Part shown: piece after piece, positions 14,845 through 28,257 of the stretch
Position numbering within the stretch: the first letter of the stretch is position 1
Layout: each line of letters begins with the position of its first letter
From: Lepidodermella squamata
Taxonomy: Eukaryota; Animalia; Gastrotricha
Direction: 5' to 3'
DNA: 64,000 bases
NCBI GenBank assembly: GCA_047495785.1
Contig: JBLDXI010000020.1
Span: forward strand, 2,604,001 to 2,668,000
Notes under the pieces: generated by a model
What the model saw: the letters and a program-made list of their open reading frames with translations, nothing else
Database searches by the model: none
Told to the model about the DNA's origin: nothing
Made by a program: the position numbers and the translations under genes

Positions 14845-15833
14845 ATGGCATCTCATTTCGATGTGCTGTTACTTTTCACCGTATTGGTAACACTTGCAAG
14901 CCTTATTTTGTGCTATGTTGCTGCATTGGGAGGTAAATTATTTCGACAAATTTTAAATTTAATTTTACATTAATTGTAAAATTCCAGATGATGACTTCAA
15001 CATAGCCGATATGCCTTATATTTCGGACATCGCCATGCATAAATGGTCTCGCTGCTTGTTCACAATGGCAATGAACATGTTCGCCTATTTCACCGCTCTT
15101 CTCATGTTCATTCGTTATCTCCATTGCAAAGGTAAAAAAAATCGAAGAAAAAATTCTGAAAAATTCGCAATTTTTTCCGTATTTTAATCCAGAAATGATG
15201 GCATCGATTGGAGTGAATCAGGAGCATTTGCGCCGTTTGATTCGTATAAACAAGGGATCTCTCGTTCTCGGCCTCTTCGTCTGCATAGCCCTGGTTGTAT
15301 ACGTCAATTTCTACTCGGTGGTGCCGAACACCGGCGATTCATCTCACATGTTCCACCTTGTATCCATGATGATTTTCTACTTTTTCGGCTTCGTCTACAT
15401 CACAATGCAAACCTACTTCTCGCACGTCACTCGTCCCAACTTCACAACAGACCTTCAATATCGAATCCAGCTAGTCTTAAACGGCATGGTTTGCGTAACT
15501 ATGTTGGCCTCTTTCATTTTGGGCATGGTCGCGCATGAGAGTAGTGTTGACATGAAATCTCAGCTGCAAATGGCTGAAGCGAACGGTGACGAGCCGACCA
15601 CGACCCCGGCGCCCGGGCCCCCTTCGCCCATCCATCGGGCGAGTGCCATTTTCCAATGGCTCACCGTTTTTCTGCTTTTCGCGTATGACATCGCGTTTGT
15701 CCCCGTTTTTCGACGCATCAGAATCGACTTTTTGTTGCATACGGATACCGCTTTATCAGCCCTGGCTGGCAATATTCCAGGCATCAACGGCGCCAATGTT
15801 CAGATCCGCCCTCCGAATTACAATCGAATTTAA
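14845..15833 (+). CDS. DRAM/TMEM150 (Frag1/DRAM/Sfk1) family membrane protein
   Basis: Three exons. Hydrophobic N-terminal helix, PYISD motif, FIRY, a His-containing TM4 (MFHLVSM) and a terminal ASAIFQW helix; six TM segments in total. Confidence 0.85.
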
Positions 15834-16280
15834 TAATGTTGTGCTTTTAATCGACAAAAAACGCGCTTTCTTCGCCGGGAAAAGTTGTTTCGTCACATAT
15901 TTGTGGGGTGAAATGTTATCAACTCAAGCAGCTCTATTTTGCAATATATACACACATAAGATCAGCACAGCAGCAGGCTCAGTATTTGAGGGTTATTTTA
16001 TAACAGCAAAATCAGAGGTATTGCTTTGTCGCTTCAATGTATTGTTCTTGTCATTTTTTAACGCATGGCAGTAGCTGTAGAAACAAACGTGTGAGAGTTT
16101 TTTTATACCCGAAACATTGTGAAATTTGAATAAAACGAAAACGATTCATCTCCTACGCGTGTGATAATGTGTGATAAGATAACTGGATGAAGGCGTTGCC
16201 GGCTGATATGATCTTAAAGATACCAGTTTCTCATACTAATCCGCCCAGTCTAATGCAGTTCTACATGGCTGAAAATAACA

Positions 16281-19200
16281 ATGAATTTGCCTAATTTTGT
16301 TTTCATCGCTTCAGTTTTGTTTAGTGGCCTTGGAGAGGCTAAAATAGAGTCGTTTTGCTCGTTCGAGGAATATGACCCGAAGTGTAATTTCAAGATTCCA
16401 CGAGAAGATCCGGAGAGGTTGCTGCAATGGGTTACTGTGACAGCCGACCAGTCAAAAGGCCCAGATTTGCCGAAAACTGACGCGGCAGGCGATCCGAAGG
16501 GGTCTTACATCTACGCAAAGTTCGGGAAGAGCACGGAAAATGCTGATGATGCGCAATTTCAGTCGAGATCTATCGTGTCAAGCGATGAAGTTGCTGCTGT
16601 TAGATTCAGTTACTACATTTATGGCACCAGATTGGCTCAAGTTATTCTATATCAAAAGGTCAGGGTTTAATCTTGAACTTCTAATGTATCCACAAAACTT
16701 CGAAAATTTGGCTGAATTCATTATTCTTCCAAGCTGTTTGAAAGCTGATTTTTTGAATATTTTCCGAGAGTTTATAAGGGTTACCGAACCGTAAATTTTC
16801 TTCAGGAGATGTCTATATTAAATTTTGCTTTCATTTTAGTGCAAATCCACCTTGAAAGTACTCTGGGATCAAGATGGATTCTCGAATTACGAGCCATCGT
16901 GGAGATCGGTTCAAATCCCGATTGAAACTACATCCTCCTTAACAGGCTGTACCTTGATATTCGCCGTTGAATATTTCGATAAAGCCAGCGAATTTCACGG
17001 GGCAATTGCTTTGGACAGCATCGCTACGTCAGCCACTGCATTTGACGTCGAACCGGAAAATGGGACATTTTGCTCGTTTGAATACCCGAAATCAAGTGGG
17101 AAACTGTGGTCACCCGTAAAAATGGAATCGGTCACCAGACCAGGTGCTAGAACTGGTACTTGGGACGTGATATCTGTCACTAGTGACCGTGATTTCATCG
17201 GGGTCGACCGGACTTTTTTGTCACCCCTGGGTCACGTGGCTCGAATGGCCGCGAGCAGTTCATTGGACGAGGCCGGGTGTTTTTCGTCCACCTTAATGGG
17301 AAATTTCCCAATCAGAAACCCATCTCGAGCTCCAAGGCAATGCCTGAGATTAGCGGCGAAATGGATGACAAACCAGCTCAATATCACAGAAAGAACAACT
17401 ACAGCTCAAATCTACGTCCACCTTATCGAAGATTCGACCTCAAAAATTGTTGGGACATTATGGTCCGGATCTCTTGCAGTCCAACCCGCGCTAGATATCA
17501 GATGGTGGACAACCTTACAGGCCTATCTCGATCTTAGAGCCTACGCCCAGGAAATTCGGACAGATTTTGACAATCCTAAAACTTATCGATTAGCAATTGA
17601 AGGCGTGATTTGTTCCGATCAATGGGTTCGATTGACTGGTATCGCTATTGATGATATCAGTTATGACTCATCGAATTGCCAATGGGCTGGCGATGAAGAT
17701 TTCGAAGTCGCAAATTCGAGGAGTTTATGGACCACTGAACCTGGGGTTAAGCTATGGAATTACGGCTGGCTTAGAGTGCCGGCTAACCACGGTTTCAGCT
17801 ACCTTAACCCACCTATTGATCACACTAAACTCGGCACGAAAAAGGGCTGGGTTGTTGTATCTGAGACAGATTTAACAGCGTTTTCCGATTTGAGTATCGA
17901 TTTACATCACGTGACGTCAGATTTTTGCGTCAGTTTCTGGATTTGGACGAAATTTGAGCCGGATATGAGCAGCAAATACGTGACAATTAGTAATTTTATC
18001 GATCAAGAAACACAACGCTATCAGGTCGATTTACCGAAAAATTATAACGAAGACTGGTTTCTGGTCACCCTGCCATTTTCAGCGACAACTTATTCAGTTT
18101 CGAGGGTCATAATTCGAGCTAGGGGTGGTTTTGCGATTGACGACCTAACATACACGCCGGGTCGGTGTAACCAGGGTAGAAATGTGATAGCGAAAGACCC
18201 GGTCCCGGATAATACCGGCGACTATTATTTGGCGGAAAATGGCGGAATTGCCTGTGATTTCGACGCGAAATGCGATTTTTGGACAATTGCAACGTCGAGT
18301 TTTATCGAAAATAACGATCATTTTGAAATTGTTAAGGCGGGTAGTAAAAACGGGCCGAGTAAGGACGCTTCTCTCAGCGATGGAAATTACGTCCAGCTGG
18401 TACCAAAAATCGGCACGGAACCCGACCAAACCTCGCCAACTGCCTTGATTTACTCGCAAGAGATTGATGTGGCTAATCACGGCTGTTTTTCGTTCGATTA
18501 CTTTGTATACGGAACTTCAACAGGCACATTAAAGGCCTATTTACTGTCTAAAACGGTTGAAATGCTTCCGATATGGGTCCGACACGGTTCGCAAAAAGAT
18601 TCGTGGCTCAGGGCTCAAATCGATTTGACCCAATTTCTAGAGACGAAAAATTCGAATTTTAAGCTGGTCATTGAAGCGGAACGATTTACTACCAGTTTTT
18701 CCGGCGCGATAGCTATCGATAATTTGAAATTGGAGGAGAAATGTGTTGAAAAAGTTCAGCCATCCAGAACTTGCTCTTTTGAAGGCATGGACCCACAAAA
18801 CGTTTGCACCCTGAAGCTTGATGGCGCTGAATCACCCGTTATCCAGGTGAATCAGCTACCTTTAGGTTCAGGCCTTCAAAACGACGCTTCCTTAGGAACA
18901 GAGCTCGGTCACGTGATTTTGCTGAATGGCTTCGAAAGTCAGAAGAAATCGTTCACATTACAACAGGACGAATTCGGCTGCATGTCCTTTGCCTACCAGC
19001 GTGGGACACCCTGCGCGAAATTCGCCATGACCCTGAAAGACGTGAAAAATAACCAGCTATACCGGCAGCATTTGCTGCTACCAGCCGGTGATACGGCAGA
19101 TTTCAACTCGTGGACGCGTTTATTCGTCGATTTGCCGCAGCAATTAGTCGCGAAAAGTCCGATTAATTCCGTAAATCAGCATCTTGTGACTATTGAAGTG

Positions 19201-22200
19201 TCCTATATTGAATCGGCGGGGTGTGCTTCGAATAGCGAGTTCAACTGGGCTGCTTTTGACGAGTTCATTTTTACGAAATCTAACTGCCCTCGGCCTTATT
19301 CCTGCGATTTCGAGCAATGCCCTCGTTTTGATATCGGAAATCTACCAACTGGAAATTCTTTGCCATGGCTGAGCCAAATTAATCAAAATCTACTCAAAAT
19401 TCAAGGCCCTGATTTTGACAGTATCGGCTATAATGGTTCAAAATCGTCTTACGGCCTTGTCGATTTGACCTCTGGTGATTTGCGTGAAAATTCGATTTTT
19501 TCGACTGAATGGTTGTATGACCCACCGAATTCCGGAAAACCACTCACCGTGACGTTTTTCTACCTTATCTCGCCATCCGGTCCGGTTATTGGTACCGGGG
19601 AGTTGAGTATTTTCCTCGAAACCCCTGGTAAAAAGTCGCTGATCTGGCAAACCGCCCAGGGCAGTGGATCGTGGCAGTACGGTCGAGCCTCGATTCTTCA
19701 ACCAAGCGTGTCCTATCGATTAATTTTTCAAGGCCGACGACGCGGATCGGTGGATAAATTGATGTTGACTATCGATGATATTAACATTCTACCGGGTTTC
19801 GATAGCGCAACCATCCCGTCAAGTGCTGACCCAGCTAAAACGTTCACGTGCTCATTCGACTGGAACGAGGATGTAGATAATTGCAACATCAACTGGCCGA
19901 AACAGTTGTTGAGTGATCCGAAGTCGACGAATATCGCATGGGCTGTTACTAGGGCTCAAGAATCACCCGAGCGTGACCTTCCGAAAATCGACTCAACTGG
20001 CGCGGCGAATGGTTATTACGCCTATGTTGCGATTAACAGCAAAGCAAGTGGCGCTACCAAGGCTAGACTCGACTCGGTACCTGTCAATTCGAATGAAAAA
20101 ATCGGCGCTATTCGGTTCCGGTATTACATTTACGGAACCAGTCTGGCTTCTTTGGAACTCGTGAAAACTGTGAGAAATAAAATTTTCGAATTTTCTATTA
20201 ATTTTCTAAAATTTTTAGTGCGGTGGGATTGATTCAATTCTCTGGCAAAATCTTGGCGTTAGCTCAACCTCTTCTAAATGGGCATCCCAGCAAGTTCTAA
20301 CCGGCGATATTTCAGGGTGCTCTATCGCTTTCGTAGCCAAAACAACCCAGATTTTTAACGGGGTTGTAGCCATCGATTCAATTGAAACTTCTTCTCAATG
20401 GCAAGAATTAGACGCAAATATCGACTCAACATGTACTTTTGAGTACGAAACTTGTTCAAAACGCTGGTCACCAGAAGCCTCGATTCGACCCTCAGTCGAA
20501 AAAATCGATTGGAAAATCGTGAAAGCCAGTGATGAGGCCTCCTTAAACGGAGCTGATGCTACGCTAAATTCACCCAACGGCCACGCTTTGGTAATGAAAG
20601 CTCCGGTAGGCGGCAGGGCGACTTGCTATTCCGGGGTCGTTCGAAGCTCGTTCAAAGTCGAAAACCCGTCCAAACACCCTGTTCAATGCCTTCAGATGAA
20701 AGCTCGAGTTCTAAGCTCGAAAATCGATTATACCTCTGCGGATATTTTCGTACATATCGCAGACCAATCTAGCCCGATTTGGTCAGGATCCTTAGCTCAG
20801 GTTCAGGCCACGTCAAAGCCTGAATGGCTGATAATTAACGCCAGGCTTGATTTAACAACCTGGGCCCGGGAGCAGCGAAATTCATTTGAAGAAACTAATT
20901 TTTCAGCTAATTTATTAATCGAAGGCCTAATTTGCGCTAAGGACGTAGTGGCTAATCTAGGAATTGCGATTGACGACCTTCGTTACAACGCGCAAAGCTG
21001 CCGAACTTCCCTTGATGACAATTTTGAGTTCGAAAACGAAATTTCAGTATGGAACCCTGCCCCGGGTGTCGGATCTACTGGGTTCAATTGGCTCAGGGTT
21101 CAATCGGGACATTCCTTCAGTTTCCTATCCCCACCTTCCGACCATTCCTATCCGGATGAGAAGGGTCGAGGGAATGCGTTAGTATCCGATGAAAGTACAT
21201 CCGCTAAGTCGGTTATAGTCGCGGATCTTGTTGATGTAACCTCGAAATTTTGCCTCAACTTTTGGATTTGGACCAAAGCTTCTGGGGCTGATAAATCACT
21301 GACCGTCGGGCTTAAAGATGGCGGCGATTACACGATTCGGACTGTTTCAAGCGCGTATAAAGATACCTGGGAGTTGGTTACCCTACCCCTGACCCCGGTC
21401 GGAAATTCGGTAACTAGGGTTCGAATTGAATCTAGAGGAGGGTTCGCAATAGATGATATCACCTACAGCAATAGTCCTTGTAAAATCAGGCCGTCAAAAG
21501 TTTTGAAAATCACCGCTCTTGGCTTGAGAAATTCCGATGAGAATTTGATCCCAGCGAATCCTATCAATAGAGCTGGGTTATATTTTTGCGATTTCGAAGG
21601 TCCCTGCAGCCGTTTTACTGTCGCAAGTTCGCCTGAAAACGAGCATTTTGAGGTTGTAAATGCAACTTACGGCTTTCAATCATTGAATGGGCCTAAATCT
21701 GACGCAACTTTACCAAAATCAACCTTGGGAAGTTATTTACTCCTCGTACCGAAATTGACTGGTTCAAAGCCTGATGTAACCGCCTTAACAGCTTACATTT
21801 ATTCCAACGATTTTAAAACGTCAGAATTTGGCTGTTTAACGTTTTCCTACTACATTTTCGGCCCTGCTACTGGCTCTATAAAGGTATATGCCTTAGCTGG
21901 CGGCGTCAATCAGCTACCTGTTGCGACAATTCGAGGTTCGAAACTCGATGAATGGGTGACTTATATGATCAGCATGTCAAATCTGGCCGATTCTCTGACC
22001 GAAAGTTTCCGTTTAGTCATCGAAGCGGAACGTTACGAGTCGTATTACTACGGCGGTATTGCGATAGATGACATTGAAATGTCGGATACGTGCTCGAAGC
22101 CGAGTGAAAAATTGGATGAGGATTACACGTGCTCTTTCGAGGGTCTCGACCAGGCGAATTGTGAGCCGGATCTAGATAGTGGTACTTTCAAAGTTCAGCA

Positions 22201-25200
22201 GGTCAAAGAACTCGAGTTGCAGACTGGTTTGAAAAGTGACGCATCGCTGAACTCGGAACTGGGTCACGTTTTATTTTCTCAATTTGGCGAAACGATGGAA
22301 ACTTTTATCCTAAGGTTCGATTTTAATTATTAAATTATTGAATTTTGAAATTATGAAAATTGAAAATTAAAATTTCGGATTTTCCATTTTAAAATAATTT
22401 TTTTATATTTTTGGTGTGCCAATTTAAGGTTCCAGTGCTGAATTTGAGTCTCCAGCACTAGATTTTCCCAAAGGATTCGAAAAATTTGGTAGTCGGGGTT
22501 GGATGCCTAAAATGGTATTAGAAATTATAGAATTTCAGAATAATTTTAGAAATTAAAAAAAAATCTTGAAAATTGGCGCAAAATAGGAAATAAAGTGAAC
22601 ATTAAAAATTCCCGCTTTAGTGCATTAAATTTCCAATTTCAATTTGATTTAGCATTTTCTTTTAATCTTGAAAACCGAAAATTCAGAGTGAAATTCACTA
22701 ATTTTCCTTGAATTTTTTTTCAGATATTCAGAGGCTTACAGTTGTTTATCCTTTGTCTACCAACGAGGCACGCCTTGCTCTCAAATCTGGCTCGGCATCG
22801 AAAACGACGATGGCTCATTGATCCGGCGTCACATTCTCGCTGCGCCGATCGGCGATAACGACGAATTCGGAAAATGGCGCCCAATTTCATTCGACCTACC
22901 CCGGTCAGTCCTAACAACAAGCGGAACCAGCCCAACTAAAATTAGTCGAATCAAAATCGGCGTAAAACCAGCTGGCGATTCTGAATTATTCGGCTGTACT
23001 GAGCAGGAAATTTTACAATGGGTTGCTTTTGACGAATTTTCCTTCTCAACCGACAGCTGCCAACGCCCGGTTACCTGCAACCCCGGTGGCCATTGCTTTA
23101 ATTTCGAAATCGGATCCTTACCCACAAATTACTACATGCCGTGGTTGGTTGGAAATGGCAATTCCAAGCTCAGCAAAATTACTGGACCTAGCTCTGATCC
23201 TATGGATTCAGTTCCGACTCGTTACGGCCTTATTGACCTAGTTAACGGACGGGGAAAAACCGATTTACCCGATACCGGGTTTTTCGCTACCGAATGGCTG
23301 ATCGGCTCTGATCAACCTTTAACCATCGAATTTTTCTATTTCATCTCACCATCTGATAGCCAGAATTCAGAACTGAGTGTATATCTCGAAATTTTGAATG
23401 GCGAAAAACAACTCATCTGGCGGATGAGTAAGGGCGACGCATCTTGGCAATACGGCCGGGTAACTTCGACGCCGAAATTCGGAAAATTCCGGGTAATTTT
23501 TGAGGGTAAAAGGCCTGAAAGTAAACAGGAATTAATGCTGGCTATCGATGATATAAGCTTGATTGATGGCTTTTCCGGGGCTATAATTCCGAATGATGCC
23601 AATCCGAACCCGGTTGAACCTACTACTGTTGCGCCAATAACGACTCAAGGTGTTACTACAACCTTAAAACCGGTTGTTACAACGGTTTTGCCAACAACTG
23701 AAGGTCCAGTAACTTCGACAAAAATTCCGATTGAAGTGACTACAACTCAAAAAATCGACGAAACAACTACAATGAATAACCCTGTTACTACTACAGGAAT
23801 TTTGACGACTGGCTCTGAAACCAGTTTGGCCACTGAAACTACCCAGAACTTGGATTCGACCACCCAGTCTATAACTGCTGAACCCTCTACTACGGATTCT
23901 AACTTGGAGACAACCACCCAGTCAATAACTGAACCTTCTGTTACTACCAAAATCGACATTGACACGACTACTAGCAATGATATTTCGACTACCGAGTCGA
24001 ATTTTGAGACTTCGGCCGTTACAACAACAGAAAATACGGAAACTACTGCGACTGAAGTAATAGTCGATACTACAACCGTGGAAATTGACCCAGTTACTAC
24101 AACACCCAGCCTGGTTGAAACTACTACTTCCAAGGAAGAAATTACAACTACAGCTCAGGTAGACGAATCGACTACAACCGCGATTTCATCCCGACCTTCA
24201 ACAGTCCAGCCGCCGCCAACCCTCGACGAGGTGTACCCGGTTATCTACGGCGCTATGATAGTCGACCAGGTTATAGTGAATAACCGCGTAATAACCTGGC
24301 AAGACGTCTCCGAATCATCGGCAATCAGCGAATCAGTATCAACGATAATTCGGCGACAATTGATTCTGATTTACACGCGGGCGGGTTATGAGCAGTCTGA
24401 TCTAACGATTTCTAGGCTGTTTGAAGTTAAACAGTCGACGAATCGGGCTGGCGAGAGTCAAATCGGAGCGGATTATCGAGCGTATTTTTCGGACCCTATT
24501 AGCAAGGTGACGGATTTGGTCAAGTTTGGCTATCAGGTTGCGGCTCAGATTGATAGGACTGTTACTACAATGGCTAATGAAGGAATTTTCGAGCCGACCT
24601 TTGGCTCGGGATCTATCAAGGTTACGGTCGATAGCGTTGGATACATCGAAAAACCAAATACTAACTCAGGTAATAACATTTTATCCTCATTTTTTCCAGC
24701 CATTTTTGAAGTTTTTGGTTTAATTCAGGAATGTCTTTCTTCGATCGAACTTTTTTGAATTTGAATTTAAAATTTAAAATTTCTATCAAAATTTATTTTA
24801 ATTAATTTCTATTCAATTTATAATTTAATTTTTAACTAATTTTAATTTTAATTTTGATCTTGAATTAGGATTAATTTTTTTTTAGGAATTTTGATATTTT
24901 TCTCTGTTACTCTTAAATAATTTTTATATTTTTATATATTTCAGGCGAGTTGGATGCTGGTGAAATTGCCGGTATTGTTATCGGGAGCATTGCCGGTTTC
25001 GCTCTAATCTGCGTCGTCGCATTTTTCGGCTTCCGATTTTTCAAAAAGCGCCAATCCCGCGCCAACGATATGAGGCCCTCACGAAGCAACTACTACGACT
25101 CAGCTGCTTATGAAGACGAGTTGGAAAAGCAACGCTCCACCCAGTTTGAGCTATCGGTAAAGCGGAAGGACACAAACCGGAGTAAATCGAGCTCGAAATC

Positions 25201-26264
25201 TAAGCAAAGCAGCAGCGGTGGCAGTAGTAGCGGTGAGAGTAGTGGCGATGAAGAAGTTGCGGCGACTCAGGAAAGGCGGGTAGATGATACGGATATGTCG
25301 TCGGATTTTGCGGTTAGAGCCCCACGCATGCAGCCAACAGCTTACGCCGGCTATAGTGGAGCCGCCAAGGTAAGGCCGAATCGTTAGACTAAGCTTAAAA
25401 TACAGCGTGTCCCAAAAGTTGCGCAACTATTTTTCAACTTGGCAACTTTTTGTAGGAAATTCAAATAATTTTTTGAAAATTAACCCTACCGAGAGAAAGG
25501 TCCGACTTTTATCTGCGATTCAACGAAGAAATGAAAAATTTACCGGAGAAAACCCGGAAAATCACGATGGTAACTGGTTCGGTAATTTTCGGTATTTTAC
25601 CCCGTTGGACCAAATTTCTCCGGACTTTTTTAATCCTTTTAACAACTGGCATACTTGATTACCATTGTCGTAATTTTTTGAATTTTTCTAAATATTTTCT
25701 GGCCCTTGGATGGGAATAGGTCTCTCATTTTAGAGTTTTTGAACCCTTTTCTGTGTTTTTTCTTTGCTTGCGATACTTATGGGACACGCTGTATATACCA
25801 AAATTACGATAAAATTCGAAATTAAATTTACGAAGCTGGCAAACCTTAGGCTCAATGGTGGAATTGAAAAAAGATTTTCCTATTTTTTATTTAATTTTTG
25901 TGTGGAAAAAGTTGTTGTGAATATTTTGTGAATTTTTTCCTATTATTTTAGCGAAACCAACTTTAAACTTGTTTATAATAATTTATAATAATTTATAATA
26001 ATTTTTATAATTTATATTAAATTATTCAAATCACGTTCGCAGATTTATGGGAATGTCGTATACAGAAAATTACGCACTAAATTTTTTTTTGAAATTTTTG
26101 TTCAATTATTTGGCGGGTTAAATAATCGAAATTTATTTGTGGTAAAATTCGGATCCATTTCTTCAATGTGTCTCAATTTTTTCTTTTCGATTTTTCTTCA
26201 GGCGACTCAACCAGCACAACCGGCTCGTCGCAAGAATTCAGATGATTCAGAAAGATCGTACTAA
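16281..26264 (+). CDS. ~2745-aa type I membrane protein: signal peptide, 12 MAM domains, Thr-rich mucin stalk, SEA-like domain, TM, Ser-rich tail
   Basis: Exons 16281-16658, 16840-20169, 20219-22314, 22724-24669, 24945-25369 and 26202-26264 join in frame (8238 nt). Repeated CSFE/CDFE...IAIDD MAM signatures. TM segment EIAGIVIGSIAGFALICVVAFF. AATAAA follows the last exon. Confidence 0.85.
22428..22470. repeat. Solo TIR fragment of repeat family A in MAM-gene intron 3
   Basis: GGTTCCAGTGCTGAATTTGAGTCTCCAGCACTAGATTTTCC is the near reverse complement of the ends at ~7011-7052 and ~63370-63408. Confidence 0.6.
25403..25791. mobile_element. Tc1/mariner-type MITE (family B), intronic
   Basis: TIRs CAGCGTGTCCCA(A)AAGT...ACTTATGGGACACGCTG are flanked by TA on both sides. 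Related copies lie at 43220-44024 and 34090-34368. Confidence 0.85.
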
Positions 26265-26505
26265 TTATTCCAAATGATTGCTATTGAAATAAAACCAGGC
26301 TTCAATTTGCTATTTGAGATTGAATAAAATGATATTTAAAATTATTCATAAAAATATTAATGACATAATTTTGCTTTATTATATTCAGCTATAGGTAGTA
26401 ATCGCTGAGCTACGTACTCATTGTTTTAACGATAAGATAAGAAACGCAGGAAATGCGATTGTTGTTACGACTTGGTACTTGAAGTATTACAGACTTGCAT
26501 TCGAA

Positions 26506-27099
26506 ATGAACTCGCACAAAATGCGAACATTTTCAATGGTATTTTTCGTTATTTCTCTCTTCGGAGAGGCAGCAGCAGCAGCTTCGCAAACTAGAAGCGA
26601 TGGTAAATTAAATTACGATCTCATTTTCCGGCTCTATTCGAGGCCTTTTACCGCAGATTTGATGGATGATAGAGGTGCTGTAGCTGGAATAATCATAGGA
26701 TGCGTAGCAGCCGTGTTCATCCTCACGATTTTCCTGCTCTACCTTGCCTTCAAAGTCAGCTTAAGGTTGAATTTTTCAGCTCGATTTTCGTGAGATTTTT
26801 CAACTAAATTTTTTGAAATCAGATTGCCGGTTATTGACGATAGCAGCGATAGTTCGGCTGATGACCACCTGTCGGCGAGGACGAGTGCTGCGATGTCGAA
26901 AAGTCACACCTTGTCGCCGCCGCCTGAATTTCCCGAACAGCAGCCGTACTACTTGAATAATGGGATAAATACTGGATCTGTTGAAGGATTGGCTATTTAC
27001 ATGGTAGCTTCAGATCCTGCCTATGCACGCCCACCTGTTGTGGATGAAAAATTCGTTCCGCATGGCGATGATGAATTTGAGAATGATGTTGCTCTGTGA
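26506..27099 (+). CDS. Small type I single-pass membrane protein, unknown function
   Basis: Signal peptide (MRTFSMVFFVISLFGEAAAA), a tiny ectodomain, TM GAVAGIIIGCVAAVFILTIFLLYLAF, two short introns and an acidic tail ending DVAL. Confidence 0.7.
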
Positions 27100-27243
27100 A
27101 AATTCGGATTTTGTTTATTAATAAAAATGTTACGTTATATATAGATTTTTGTTTACCGTGACTACATCAGGGTCACCGGGGGACATGCCAAAATGAGGTG
27201 AAGACACAACGTGTACAGGTTATTACCGTTTGATACCCTAACC

Positions 27244-27410
27244 CAAGGGTTTATCTAGCCACCCTCAACCCACCCCCAACCCACCTCCAAAATTTGGCTA
27301 CCCACCCCCAAATTTCGAGCATTTTTGGCTATTTTTGAGCTTTTGAGGTCTATTTTAACCCCATTTTACGACTACCCACCCCCAATTCGAAAAGGCTAGA
27401 TAAACCCTTG
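27244..27410. mobile_element. hAT-type MITE
   Basis: Perfect 17-bp TIR CAAGGGTTTATCTAGCC/GGCTAGATAAACCCTTG. 8-bp TSD CCCTAACC/CCCTAGCC (one mismatch). Confidence 0.8.
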
Positions 27411-28257
27411 CCCTAGCCCACGAAAAGCCAGCACGTGCTTGGTTGAGTTGAATGCAAATTTCCCGAAACGAAAAAACAAGTCAAGTTATGGAAAAATTTC
27501 GGAATTTTCAAATTTCCCAATGTCACTCCGCCTTCGATTTTTGAGTGGACCAAGTCACCTATTTCATTCTACGGAGCATATGCATAAAGATCAAACCGGA
27601 ACCACAACAACTTTAAACGGCCCTTTCAAAAGCTACCCAACGGTGCCCCGCTCATGGGGGCCTTAAAATATGTAAGTGGTGTATATCTCACCATATTTGA
27701 TATAAAATCGCCGGATGCTGGGTAACGATTCCGGTTTCCAATGGTTAAGAAAAAATCCTTTCCCAGGTTGTATAAAATAGTATATTTTGGTAATTTTTGT
27801 TGGATCCTGAACTATAGGTATAATTCTTTATTTGGTTGTCAAGCTTTTGGATTTGCAATTAGCACAAACTAATTTAATTTATTGACTGGAAAGTTTTGAC
27901 ATTTGAAAGTTTTGAATGGCTATCTTCGAATTCAGTGACTTTGATGACTAATTTATCACAAACAGATTTTTTTTTAGAAATTTGAAGTTATTTTGTGGTA
28001 TTGAAGGGGGGGAAGTTCCCTAAAGTCTCGCCCAAAATGATAATTTGACGTAATTCTAAGTGCAGTATGTCTCGCGATTATCGTCTGTTTCGTTGTTTTT
28101 CGTAACCCTTCTTATCATTAAATAAGGTCAGAAAGCATTTTTTATCTAACCGCCGGTGTGTCGCGTTTTTGCTTTATGGAAACCTTCAGTTTAGCGAGCC
28201 AGCTATATTTTTTACCTTAAATTGTTCGATATCCACTCTGAATCTATATTACTAGCC

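Noticed and set aside
23747-24133. Val-rich minus-strand ORF, and other antisense ORFs over genes
   Set aside because: These are shadows of the Thr-rich mucin codons and other sense-strand coding sequence.
25972-26016. (TTTATAATAA)n run
   Set aside because: Low-complexity intronic AT repeat with no further structure.
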